A stretch of DNA of 64,000 nt, taken from the NCBI GenBank assembly GCA_964427615.1, contig CAYRUR010000003.1, positions 44,062 to 108,061 on the forward strand, read 5' to 3'. The stretch's first letter is position 1. Each line of letters opens with the position of its first letter. The translations under genes were made by a program, and so were the position numbers. Source of the DNA: an uncultured Gammaproteobacteria bacterium. Its GTDB lineage: Bacteria > Patescibacteriota > Microgenomatia > Levybacterales > GWA1-39-11. The notes beneath the pieces are model-generated. The model was not told the DNA's origin and did no database searches. It saw only the letters and a list, made by a program, of their open reading frames with translations. Of this stretch, positions 48,996 to 57,955 are shown piece by piece.

Positions 48996-49508
48996 ATGAA
49001 AAGAAAAAATAAAAAAAGTGAATTCGGAAGAGGTTTTATATATTGCTTAACTATGTTTGCTATTCATTTTGAAAACAGTCAAGCAAAGAACATTAGGAAC
49101 AGACATTTCTTAATGACTAAAGAAAACAGGACAGAGTACTTAACTGATTCTCCACCAATTAATAAAGATTATGGATTTAACGAGGATGTTAAGTGGTGGT
49201 ATGAGAAAATCGTTCCCATTTATGGATCATGGGAAAAAGCACTGTCCTCAGATATCGAGACATGGGCAAATGGTGCATCAGACCACCTATACGAAATTGA
49301 AACTCCTAAAAAATGGAGAGGAACAGAAATAGAAAGAAAAGTGCTAGAGTTACAAGATTTTGGGCTAGAGATAGGGCATGGTTTTACTGGAAAGACATAC
49401 ACAATTGATGATTTTAATAAATTAAAGAAGTTAGTTAGTGAGATAACTAAGTTAGTAGATGAAAAATTAGGGGTTGAACAAATAGACGCAATATATGGAG
49501 AGCTTTAA
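48996..49508 (+). CDS. phage hypothetical protein
   Basis: SEFGRGFIYCL, WANGASDHLYE. Confidence 0.7.
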   Translation: MKRKNKKSEFGRGFIYCLTMFAIHFENSQAKNIRNRHFLMTKENRTEYLTDSPPINKDYGFNEDVKWWYEKIVPIYGSWEKALSSDIETWANGASDHLYEIETPKKWRGTEIERKVLELQDFGLEIGHGFTGKTYTIDDFNKLKKLVSEITKLVDEKLGVEQIDAIYGEL

Positions 49509-49520
49509 GTTTTACTAGAT

Positions 49521-49886
49521 ATGAAACTAAAAACACATAAAACAGAAACAAGTATAGTGCATAGCCTAATAGAGTTTCTTAACTATAACGGGTTTGCAGT
49601 ATGGAGACAAAATACAGGAGGAAGAACAGAAAAAAATAAAGACGGTTCCGAAAGATACATCAAATTTGGCATGACAGGACAAAGCGATATTATCGGTATC
49701 TATAGAAAAACTGGCAGATTCGTAGCTATAGAGGTTAAAAAGCCTGGAAAGATAGATACCGTCACACCAGCACAACAGAGCTTTTTAGATTATGTTTTTT
49801 GGGCTAAGGGTATCGCTTTTGCAACAACTAGTATTGAAAATACTGTACACCAGTTAAGGAATTTTGGAATAGATATAGAAGCCTAA
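49521..49886 (+). CDS. VRR-NUC domain nuclease (resolvase-like)
   Basis: WRQNTG, GQSDIIG, FVAIEVKKPG, TPAQQSF. Confidence 0.85.
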   Translation: MKLKTHKTETSIVHSLIEFLNYNGFAVWRQNTGGRTEKNKDGSERYIKFGMTGQSDIIGIYRKTGRFVAIEVKKPGKIDTVTPAQQSFLDYVFWAKGIAFATTSIENTVHQLRNFGIDIEA

Positions 49887-50035
49887 TATGACAGACAAAC
49901 AACTAAAAATCATTGTACGTGAGATAGCTTATCTAAAAGAATTCAAGGATAGAGCTGCAAGAAGTAACTACACAGAAGCATGGCAGTTTGAAGAAGAATT
50001 GCTTCAAGAATTGAAGGAGACAGAAGAAAAATAAT

Positions 50036-50623
50036 ATGAAAATCTTATACATAGACACAGAAACAACAGGACTAGATCCAAAAATTAACGACATCATTCA
50101 ATTATCAGGAATGATTGAAATAAACGGGGAAATTAAAGAGACATTTAACTTTGATGTAAGACCTGTAAATATAGAAGCTATCTCAGAAGAAGCACTTAAA
50201 GTCACAGGTAAAACAAAAGAAGAGATACTAGCCTACCCTGAAGCAAGTGAGATATACCACAAGTTTGTCAGAATGCTTGATAGATATGTCTCCAAATACG
50301 ATAGAACAGACAAGATGTATGTTGCAGGATATAATGTGCGGTTTGATGTTGAGTTCCTAAAGTCTTTCTTTGATAAAGCAAATAATCCTTATTTTGGCTC
50401 ATACATCAACTGGAAGACTGTTGATCCTATGCCCATTATGCACTTCTTAGAGTACATAGGGATGTTGTCACTTGAGAATTATAAGTTAAGTACGGTGTGT
50501 GAATACTTTAAGATTCCACTTCAAGCGCATGACGCTATGAGCGATATTGAGGCTACAAGGGCATTGTTAAAACATTTGGAAGGTGGATTTTTAGTGAGGG
50601 ATTTTGAGGAGGTGCAGGGATGA
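50036..50623 (+). CDS. DEDDh 3'-5' exonuclease
   Basis: DTETTG, AGYNVRFD, AHDAMSDI. Confidence 0.9.
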   Translation: MKILYIDTETTGLDPKINDIIQLSGMIEINGEIKETFNFDVRPVNIEAISEEALKVTGKTKEEILAYPEASEIYHKFVRMLDRYVSKYDRTDKMYVAGYNVRFDVEFLKSFFDKANNPYFGSYINWKTVDPMPIMHFLEYIGMLSLENYKLSTVCEYFKIPLQAHDAMSDIEATRALLKHLEGGFLVRDFEEVQG

Positions 50624-50937
50624 AAGTAGAAACATTTATTAAAAAATTAAAACTTATAGAGAATTATCATATACAAACTTTTTTTGATAAGGAATATGGC
50701 GGTGCTTGTCCTTGCTTCTCAGGCAGTAAAACAATTGACGGTAAAAAGTTATATGTGTGGGGAAGGTGTTGGAGAGTCTCGGATAGTTTTGGTGCTCAAG
50801 AGCTTCATGTAGGCGGAGAACTTGATAAAAAGACTATTAGAGTTATTGCAAAGATCATTAAAAAAGCTCTTGATGCTCAAAAATGGTACAACACTTATCG
50901 TATTTATTACCATGATTTAGATTTTTTTAGGAAGTGA
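50620..50937 (+). CDS. phage hypothetical protein
   Basis: ATGA-coupled ORF. Confidence 0.6.
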   Translation: MKVETFIKKLKLIENYHIQTFFDKEYGGACPCFSGSKTIDGKKLYVWGRCWRVSDSFGAQELHVGGELDKKTIRVIAKIIKKALDAQKWYNTYRIYYHDLDFFRK

Positions 50938-51094
50938 TTATGAAAGTATATAAAGACAAAAATATAAATGTTTGGCTAGTTGATTTAGGCATATTTCATG
51001 TTCTGTTTTATAAATGGGGTTTTGGATTAGATAAGCGTGAGTATCTTAAAGAATTTAATGTTATAGGTTATAAGAATATTTTTAGAATTAGAAT

Positions 51095-51769
51095 ATGAAC
51101 GACTTAAAACCATTTAAACATGGACAGGAAGGAACACATTACGCCTGTGTTGAGATGATAAAAAAGTACGGTAGTAAGGTTGGGTGTTGTGGATGCAATA
51201 AACATATGTGTGACGCTTATCCTTGGGAAATAACAACGCTAGAACCACGTCTAGCAGACGAACAAACCAAACAAGAAAAAGGAGGATTCTTAATTGATGA
51301 TCGTCCTGGTGTTATTCCCAAAAAAGCAGCTTTGAAAATGAAGAGGATGTTAGAGAAAAAGGGGTATGAGGTTAGCTTAGTTTCTGAGATAGATATGGAA
51401 GAAAAACAAAACAAAAATAACACAACTGATTGGGAAAAGCTTATGAGCAAACCGTATCACGAATGGAAAAATGACGAGGACATTATTGTTAGAACGATTT
51501 ACTTCATAAATCAACTTTCGCCACATAACCTGTGGAAAGGGTATGAAGCAGTACAAGACCTTCTCAAAAAACGAGATGAACAATACGCTATGGAAATAGC
51601 AACGTATGAATCGAATGAAGAACAACGGATGACTGTATACAAGGCAGGGTTGATAGAAGAAATTGAGGGTATGAAAAAGAAAATGTGTTGTGATGAATGC
51701 GATTCATTTGACGATAAAAATCAAACATTATCACATGTTATTGAGCGCATAAAGAAATATGGAAAATAA
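51095..51769 (+). CDS. phage hypothetical protein
   Basis: 224 aa; Cys clusters at both ends. Confidence 0.6.
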   Translation: MNDLKPFKHGQEGTHYACVEMIKKYGSKVGCCGCNKHMCDAYPWEITTLEPRLADEQTKQEKGGFLIDDRPGVIPKKAALKMKRMLEKKGYEVSLVSEIDMEEKQNKNNTTDWEKLMSKPYHEWKNDEDIIVRTIYFINQLSPHNLWKGYEAVQDLLKKRDEQYAMEIATYESNEEQRMTVYKAGLIEEIEGMKKKMCCDECDSFDDKNQTLSHVIERIKKYGK

Positions 51770-51947
51770 GAAAAAAATAATTATTGTTTACATACCAAAC
51801 GAACAACACGCAGACCATGTAGGTGAACCAGTGATAGAAAGTTTTGTTTCTAAGGAAAAAGCATTTATAAGAAGTGTGGAGTTAAAAGAAAGGTTACAAG
51901 ACCATCAGATATATCAAAGAATTGATTTAACAATAAAAGTTGATTAA
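51759..51947 (+). CDS. phage hypothetical protein
   Basis: Overlapping small ORF in the same-strand run. Confidence 0.5.
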   Translation: MENKKKIIIVYIPNEQHADHVGEPVIESFVSKEKAFIRSVELKERLQDHQIYQRIDLTIKVD

Positions 51948-52022
51948 TTATGGAAATTATAAGTTATATATTATTTTTAACTCTATGTGCAATCATAGGT
52001 TGGGAGTTAGGAAGAAGATGAT

Positions 52023-52238
52023 ATGAAACAAATAATGTATGCTCTCTACACAACTAAAAACTCTAAAATGCCCAGACATATTTATGCACGAGCAAAAGAT
52101 GCGAAAAGTGAGCTTTTTGCATTACGCAAAGTAGGAATTACATGGGGAATAATTGAAAGGGTAGAAGTAACCAAAAAAAACGAGACTGCTTATGATATTT
52201 GTCACCATGAGTACAGAAAGGAGAAGCATGAAAAATAA
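52023..52238 (+). CDS. phage hypothetical protein
   Basis: Small ORF in the same-strand run. Confidence 0.5.
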   Translation: MKQIMYALYTTKNSKMPRHIYARAKDAKSELFALRKVGITWGIIERVEVTKKNETAYDICHHEYRKEKHEK

Positions 52239-52521
52239 ACAAGAAGTAAAACAAGCAGTGAGAGATATTCTTTGGATGGCGAGGAGATACGCTGATGGGA
52301 GAAAAACGTATGCACCTCATTTATTTAACGATGCCTACGACACATTAAGAGATGAATTTGGAGATGAGATTGATCCTTATACAGCTGGAGACAAGGAAAG
52401 TGCTTTAATGCTAGATCCAATGATAGAACATAGCCATATTCATCCTTACGCCTTGTATGGAGATAATTCTGAAATAGATACAAATGTGAGGCTCAAAGAA
52501 AGGAAGTATTATGGAAAGTAA
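52228..52521 (+). CDS. phage hypothetical protein
   Basis: SD AAGGAG; DILWMARRYADGRKTYAP. Confidence 0.65.
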   Translation: MKNKQEVKQAVRDILWMARRYADGRKTYAPHLFNDAYDTLRDEFGDEIDPYTAGDKESALMLDPMIEHSHIHPYALYGDNSEIDTNVRLKERKYYGK

Positions 52522-52783
52522 AAAGAAAGAATTACTAGATCAGTTTGATGAGGTGGCTTATAACGAAGTTGTATATGGTAATCCTACGGGTACTGAAGAG
52601 GGATTCGTAAAATGTAAAAATTTTATTTCTCATGCTTTCGATGTGATTGCTGAGGAGGCATATCGAGAAGTAAATGAGGTCTTATTGCAAGGTGAAGATA
52701 CGGAGGAAACTACAAGAAGATTTATACGAGTGAAAAGCTTTTTAGTAAATAAATTAGATTCTAGTAAGGAGAAAAAAGAATGA
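52511..52783 (+). CDS. phage hypothetical protein
   Basis: Coupled ORF. Confidence 0.55.
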   Translation: MESKKKELLDQFDEVAYNEVVYGNPTGTEEGFVKCKNFISHAFDVIAEEAYREVNEVLLQGEDTEETTRRFIRVKSFLVNKLDSSKEKKE

Positions 52784-53037
52784 AAATCTTAGGTTATATT
52801 TTGTGGACATATTTCTATTTCGGGCTTGCAAGCATGATTGTTAATGGGAGAACGAACTTTGACAAATCTGCTGGCATATTTCTGTTTGGAGCTATGACGA
52901 TTTTAACGACTGTGTCACTTTTAAAACCCAATACAGAATCGGGAGTAAGAGAATGTAATTGTGATTGTCACATGATGATAGGAAACCCAAATCAACCAGA
53001 GCATTGTAGTATTTGTGAGGAGGAGAAAAAAGGATGA
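52780..53037 (+). CDS. small phage membrane protein with C-terminal CxCxCH...HCxxC
   Basis: Two hydrophobic helices then CNCDCH...HCSIC. Confidence 0.55.
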   Translation: MKILGYILWTYFYFGLASMIVNGRTNFDKSAGIFLFGAMTILTTVSLLKPNTESGVRECNCDCHMMIGNPNQPEHCSICEEEKKG

Positions 53038-53149
53038 CCTGTAAAAACTGTAAAAAATTAGCACGAATAGTTAATAGGGATAGTTTGTGTAGCCGTTGCT
53101 TTGTATTGCAGGGGTTTGATGATTGTAGAAAAGAAAGGAGGTGAGTAAG

Positions 53150-53464
53150 ATGAAAATACAAATTGATACAGACCATAAGACAATAAAAATTGAGAATGAT
53201 GTTTCTATCGAAAAACTGCTCAATACATTAAAAAAACTTTTTCCTAACAATGAGTGGAAAGAATTTACATTACAGACTAATACAGTTATCGAGCGTTTCC
53301 ATAGTCCTATCGTAGTTGAGAAGTGGAGAGAACCATATTATCCCTGGTGGAGTACTCGTTACTATTCACAAAATATGGATCATTCGCTTTCATCTAAGCT
53401 TATGGCTAAATCTGATGATAACCGTTTCTCTTTAAAGTCTGGAGTTTTTAATGTAGAGGCGTAG
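53150..53464 (+). CDS. phage hypothetical protein
   Basis: SD AAGGAGGTG; MKIQIDTDHKTIKIE. Confidence 0.65.
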   Translation: MKIQIDTDHKTIKIENDVSIEKLLNTLKKLFPNNEWKEFTLQTNTVIERFHSPIVVEKWREPYYPWWSTRYYSQNMDHSLSSKLMAKSDDNRFSLKSGVFNVEA

Positions 53465-53535
53465 TCTTTTGCTGGTAGGGACATTCATGCCCTTACCAAG
53501 AGAAGATTAAGATAGTTGCTCTTTGATATCTTTTT

Positions 53536-53790
53536 GCGAGAGTGGCGCACCAAAGATGGTGAATAAGCAGGTTGGGTGAAAACCCTTCATCAGTTTATAG
53601 ACTGAGAAACCTGACGAATGAATAGGTAGACGCTAGGACTTTGGCTGGTAACTGGAGTCTGAATTATACATAAGTGGAAGTCCTTTGGGAAATGACCGAG
53701 TATACCACGGCTAGAACCATAAAAAGGTGTAAGGTGACGGACGGCTATCCAGCTTCTGCTGGTGTGTACCGCAAATCCTTGCCTCTCGCA
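53536..53790 (+). ncRNA. tRNA-Leu-like RNA expanded by insertions in D, anticodon and T loops
   Basis: GCGAGAG/CTCTCGC-A acceptor; TG-GCG...GAATAGGTAGA-CGC D arm; AGGAC/GTCCT stem; GTAAGG-TG...CAAAT-CCTTGC T arm, all in tRNA order. Confidence 0.7.
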
Positions 53791-53809
53791 ACAAGCTATT
53801 AAGGAAAGT

Positions 53810-54005
53810 TCTTTGATAATTTACTGCTGAGGAGATATCTATGGGCAGACAATTAGGGATGGACGAGTTCCACTATCGGTCAATAGTGGATTGCTTAGAC
53901 TCCATAACTACTCTTCTACGGAAAGGACCAATCCGTATCATCAAATTTCTAAAACTTGTGTCACGGAAAAATAACAGATTCTCCTCAGCAATAAGTTATT
54001 AAGGA
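53810..54005 (+). ncRNA. second structured RNA candidate
   Basis: Closing helix TGCTGAGGAGA/TCTCCTCAGCA extended by a 14-bp outer stem; inner hairpins TCCACTAT/ATAGTGGA and TACGGA/TCCGTA; no convincing ORF. Confidence 0.6.
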
Positions 54006-54353
54006 TGTTTTTAGGAAGAAATAGTTATGAAAGAATACATGTTTTTATTACATAGACAATCAAACTGCCGAATACTTAAGATTACAGAGTTTCGGTAAAT
54101 AGGTTTGATTGGACTGAAGTTGAGCTTTGGTGTTGGAGAATTGTCATAAATTTATCTGGTTCACAACACAAGATCCTGCCGCATCGAAGCTCAACTCGCT
54201 TACTTTTGTTATAATGCAAAATATGGAAGAAATTAAACAAAAACTCGAAGCATGGGTTGGGGAAATGATAAAGGATACGTTACTGAGTACAAGGTGTGGA
54301 GAGGAAAGTATTACTTAGTTAAAGAATATGACTTTTAGTAGATAAGAGATTAT

Positions 54354-54743
54354 ATGCAAACAACAACTTTAGAAACATCAAAATTATTGAAAGAGGCGGG
54401 GTTTCCGCAGGAAACAGAGCATTGTTATGTAGAAAGAACTTATGAACCTGGTCTTGTGGGGAATAATCCAGATATTGAGCTTATACGTTCAGAAACCATA
54501 AATAAACATTACTATCATAAGGTGTCTGATGAAATGATTGCTTACTCACCTACCGCAGATGAAATACTAGATGAGTTGCCACATTCTATTGAGTTAGAGG
54601 GTGAAGTCTACAATCTAAGGATAAGTAAATTCATAGATGGATACGGTTTATCTTATAGTTGGCGTGACGATTGCTACAATGAATCCCTAGCCGAAGCAGC
54701 AGCAAAGATGTATTTTTACTTGAGAAAGGAAGGGATTATATGA
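54354..54743 (+). CDS. phage hypothetical protein
   Basis: TLETSKLLKEAGFPQ, PTADEILDELP, LAEAAAKM. Confidence 0.7.
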   Translation: MQTTTLETSKLLKEAGFPQETEHCYVERTYEPGLVGNNPDIELIRSETINKHYYHKVSDEMIAYSPTADEILDELPHSIELEGEVYNLRISKFIDGYGLSYSWRDDCYNESLAEAAAKMYFYLRKEGII

Positions 54744-54994
54744 AAGAAGAAAATACTAAAAAATGTAGTTTTGAGCCATTTGATACGTATAAAGGAAAAA
54801 CATTATTTTTTACACTAGGAATACAACCGTCCTATTTTAGACCATTACTTGCAAGATGTAAAAAGTGTAAAACTAATCATGTTTTTAGTTATAAAGAGGC
54901 GTGTGAGAGGGATCAAGAACCAGCTATTGACACGAATTATGTAGGTGTACTTACCCATCCTGATAGTGGTGGGTTTCCAGCATACAATGAGTAA
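54740..54994 (+). CDS. phage hypothetical protein
   Basis: ATGA-coupled; CKKC. Confidence 0.5.
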   Translation: MKEENTKKCSFEPFDTYKGKTLFFTLGIQPSYFRPLLARCKKCKTNHVFSYKEACERDQEPAIDTNYVGVLTHPDSGGFPAYNE

Positions 54995-55076
54995 TATGAA
55001 AAAAGAAAAAAATCAATATAAATAGATTAAAAAATAATTTTTACACACTTTGAGAAAGTATAAAAAACATTAAACA

Positions 55077-55373
55077 ATGAAGCAACACATAACTATACAA
55101 CAATTTAACGAAACATCAGAAAAAGGTAAAAGAGTAATAAGAAAATGGTGGTACTCTAAAGGGTATCAATATAATGACTTTGATGCTGACGGAAATGAGA
55201 TAGAAGATCCTCTTATGTCAATTGGTCAAATGATCGAATTTTTAGGTGAGGACTGGGTGGATTACGTTTTTGTAGCAATGAAAGATGGAAGTATATTGTT
55301 TAATTTCCAAGGTGAGTTATGTGATGCACTTTATGAGGTTGTGAAGAAGGTAGCAGAAAGCGATATTAAATGA
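55077..55373 (+). CDS. phage hypothetical protein
   Basis: MKQHIT...PLMSIGQMIEFL...ELCDALYEVVK. Confidence 0.7.
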   Translation: MKQHITIQQFNETSEKGKRVIRKWWYSKGYQYNDFDADGNEIEDPLMSIGQMIEFLGEDWVDYVFVAMKDGSILFNFQGELCDALYEVVKKVAESDIK

Positions 55374-55392
55374 TTTATAACAGTAGTGAAGA

Positions 55393-55447
55393 GATGATAT
55401 AATAAAGATAGATAAAACGTTGTGGGAACTATTAGCAACGTTTTATG
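55393..55447 (+). promoter_or_regulatory. extended -10 promoter plus leader hairpin covering the start codon (copy 1)
   Basis: GATGATATAATAAA then ATAAAACGTTG...CAACGTTTTAT(G). Confidence 0.72.
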
Positions 55448-56161
55448 CAATTTAACCCAACCGACAAAAGCAAGAGTATAATAGCCGATATAGATTTTCT
55501 CCTCTTCGGCTCTGGTGAAACCTTTAACAATGACTATTCCCTTCCTGACAGAACGAGAAATGTTAATATCTCTTGGGATGAGGCAGTCGCAGAACTCTAC
55601 AAAGCCGACCCAAACTATAAGTGGGATGATACTACAAACGCTGATTTTCCCATTGCCACCATTGACTTAGAAGCAGGACAAGACCACTATACACTCCTTG
55701 ATACAGCTCTTGTAATTCATAGAGTACGTGTTAAAGACAGAAATGGCGAGTATAAAACGCTTACTCCTGCTCTGCGAAGCGAATTAACAGACAGCGAACT
55801 AAATGCAACAGGTACACCTGATAAATATTACAAAATGGGTGGTGCTGTATTTCCTGTGCCTGTACCTGATTATGGTGCAGCAGAGGGTGTAGAACTTGAA
55901 TTCCAGAGAGGAGCAAATCATTTCTCCACTACAGACACCGATAAATCTCCTGGCTTTAACCCACAATTTCACCAATTTCTATCAATTGGCGCAGCTTTGC
56001 GTTATGCGTTAGCTAATGGGATGGGTAAAAAAGTATCTCAATTAAGTGCTTATAAAGAGGCAATTAGAGCCTCTATTAAAGAACACTACGAACGTAGAAG
56101 CCCTGATGAAAAGCCAAGATTAAAGTTAAGAAGAGAGAATCCAAGGAGGTTTGGGCTATAA
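55445..56161 (+). CDS. phage head-tail adaptor-like protein
   Basis: IDLEAGQDHYTL, GTPDKYY, PVPD, FHQFLSIGAALRYA; adjacent to the portal. Confidence 0.65.
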   Translation: MQFNPTDKSKSIIADIDFLLFGSGETFNNDYSLPDRTRNVNISWDEAVAELYKADPNYKWDDTTNADFPIATIDLEAGQDHYTLLDTALVIHRVRVKDRNGEYKTLTPALRSELTDSELNATGTPDKYYKMGGAVFPVPVPDYGAAEGVELEFQRGANHFSTTDTDKSPGFNPQFHQFLSIGAALRYALANGMGKKVSQLSAYKEAIRASIKEHYERRSPDEKPRLKLRRENPRRFGL

Positions 56162-56163
56162 CT

Positions 56164-57951
56164 ATGGCAAAAGAAATACAATCATCATTGTTTAAGCGAA
56201 TTGAGAGTGAGATTAATACATATATCTCTGGTAGAGTTGAATTAAGTCCTGGTGTATTTTTCTCTCAATATAAAACGATTAATAGAATATATAGGTTTAA
56301 GAACCGTGATCTTTCCGGATCTAAGATCAACTCAGACCTTTCTTATAACTACTACTTTGATATTATTTCTCCCCGTGTTGATAGTGAAGTAAAAAACTTA
56401 CGGTTTGATACAAAGCATATTCTTGTGTTCTCCGAAGATCCACGTAAAGACTTTGCTGCAGTGTTTCTTGCCAATGCTTCTCTAAAAAGCTGGATGGCCG
56501 AAAACGGTGAAGACGAGAAATTAAAAGAAGCAGTTGAGGAGTTTTCAGGGAATGGCAATATCGGATTTAAAAAGGTAGCAGGAGGATATGAGATTGTTGA
56601 CGCTCAAAACACCTACATTACCAACCAAATAGCAAAAACTGTTGATGAAACAGATATTATAGAACGTCACGAAATGAGTCCTTCACAAATTAAAAGGATG
56701 ACCGAATGGGATCAGGACATTGCAGATGTGGTGATTAAAGACCTTGGTGACAAGAGCTTTACTTCCTCTAAGGACACAACACCGATTTCAACGACAGGGA
56801 AAAAGTATGAAATCTTTGAATTTACCGGAGAAGTTTCAGAAAAAGAGTTTAATGAAGTTAAGGGTCTTGAAGGTGGAGATCCAAATAAATACTTTCTTGC
56901 AAAAGTTATTGTTGCAGGTCTAAGTCAAGAGGGTAAGGGAGAAAAATATCCGTTGTTCGTTGAAAAACTAAAAGGAAAGATGTCTGATTACTACAAGTAT
57001 GCGCATAGAGGCCGATATGAGGGAAGATTCTGGAGAGTAGGAGTGTATGAGTTACTATTTGACCACCAGATTAGGGCTAATGAAATAGGTAATCAATTAT
57101 CTCGTGGACTTGAATGGGCTTCAAAAGTAATCTTTCGAAGTAGAGACTCTAAAGTATTACAAAATATAAGGGCGGACCTTGACAATGGGGACGTAATAAT
57201 CACAGACGATCTTACCCAAGTTAATGTTAGGCTGCAGGGGCTTGACCAATTAATTGCTGATTGGAATAGGCTCATGAACGATGCTGATAGACTTGCTAAC
57301 TCAATGGAGGTTACACGAGGTGAATCTTTACCTTCCGGTACTCCGTTTCGTATGGGGATTCTTTTAGACCAGAACGCAGGAAAGATATTCTCACACATAA
57401 GACAGAAACTCACACTCCCCTATAGGAGTGTCTTTAGAGAGTGGGTTATTCCTGAACTACTTAAAGACATGAAAGCTAAAGAAGTTTTTCAGTTTTTAAA
57501 CGATCAGACAATTATTGAACAGTTACAAGAAATACTGGTGCAGTCTTGGTATATGAATAATCTAGTCGCTATTGGACCACATACTCAAGAAGTGGCTGAG
57601 GCTATTAAGCAACAGAAATTAGAAGAGATAAAAAAGAAAGACATAACTATTAAAAACGTCAAAGAGATATGGGCAAACATTAGACCTAGAGTGTTTGTTA
57701 CTATCACTGGTGAGAATTACGACTTGCAAGATCAACTGCAAGACCTTGTAAGCTTCCTAAACCTTGAACAAGATCCAAGAAGAATTGAGTGGATTCTGGA
57801 TACTATCTACAAAACTAGAGGCATTCCAATCCCTCCAAAACAAGAGCAACAACCAATAGAAAACCAATTAACAGGGAATACACCCACACAAACTAGACCA
57901 GAAAGACAGTCCCCAGAACAAAGAGAGGCAGAACAGCCGATGATCCAATAA
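56164..57951 (+). CDS. phage portal protein (podovirus-like)
   Basis: 595 aa; YYFDIISPRV, GVYELLFDHQIRANE, VTRGESLPSGTPF; Q/P-rich tail. Confidence 0.7.
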   Translation: MAKEIQSSLFKRIESEINTYISGRVELSPGVFFSQYKTINRIYRFKNRDLSGSKINSDLSYNYYFDIISPRVDSEVKNLRFDTKHILVFSEDPRKDFAAVFLANASLKSWMAENGEDEKLKEAVEEFSGNGNIGFKKVAGGYEIVDAQNTYITNQIAKTVDETDIIERHEMSPSQIKRMTEWDQDIADVVIKDLGDKSFTSSKDTTPISTTGKKYEIFEFTGEVSEKEFNEVKGLEGGDPNKYFLAKVIVAGLSQEGKGEKYPLFVEKLKGKMSDYYKYAHRGRYEGRFWRVGVYELLFDHQIRANEIGNQLSRGLEWASKVIFRSRDSKVLQNIRADLDNGDVIITDDLTQVNVRLQGLDQLIADWNRLMNDADRLANSMEVTRGESLPSGTPFRMGILLDQNAGKIFSHIRQKLTLPYRSVFREWVIPELLKDMKAKEVFQFLNDQTIIEQLQEILVQSWYMNNLVAIGPHTQEVAEAIKQQKLEEIKKKDITIKNVKEIWANIRPRVFVTITGENYDLQDQLQDLVSFLNLEQDPRRIEWILDTIYKTRGIPIPPKQEQQPIENQLTGNTPTQTRPERQSPEQREAEQPMIQ

Positions 57952-57955
57952 TAAT

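Noticed and set aside
53536-53790. Ordinary tRNA-Leu, or a tRNA with a group I intron
   Set aside because: No 7-nt anticodon loop; three separate inserts of 35-72 nt are far too short for a group I/II ribozyme.
54085-54320. tmRNA
   Set aside because: Loose resemblance at the 5' side only; no GGTTCGA..CC T arm with CCA end and no tag reading frame found.
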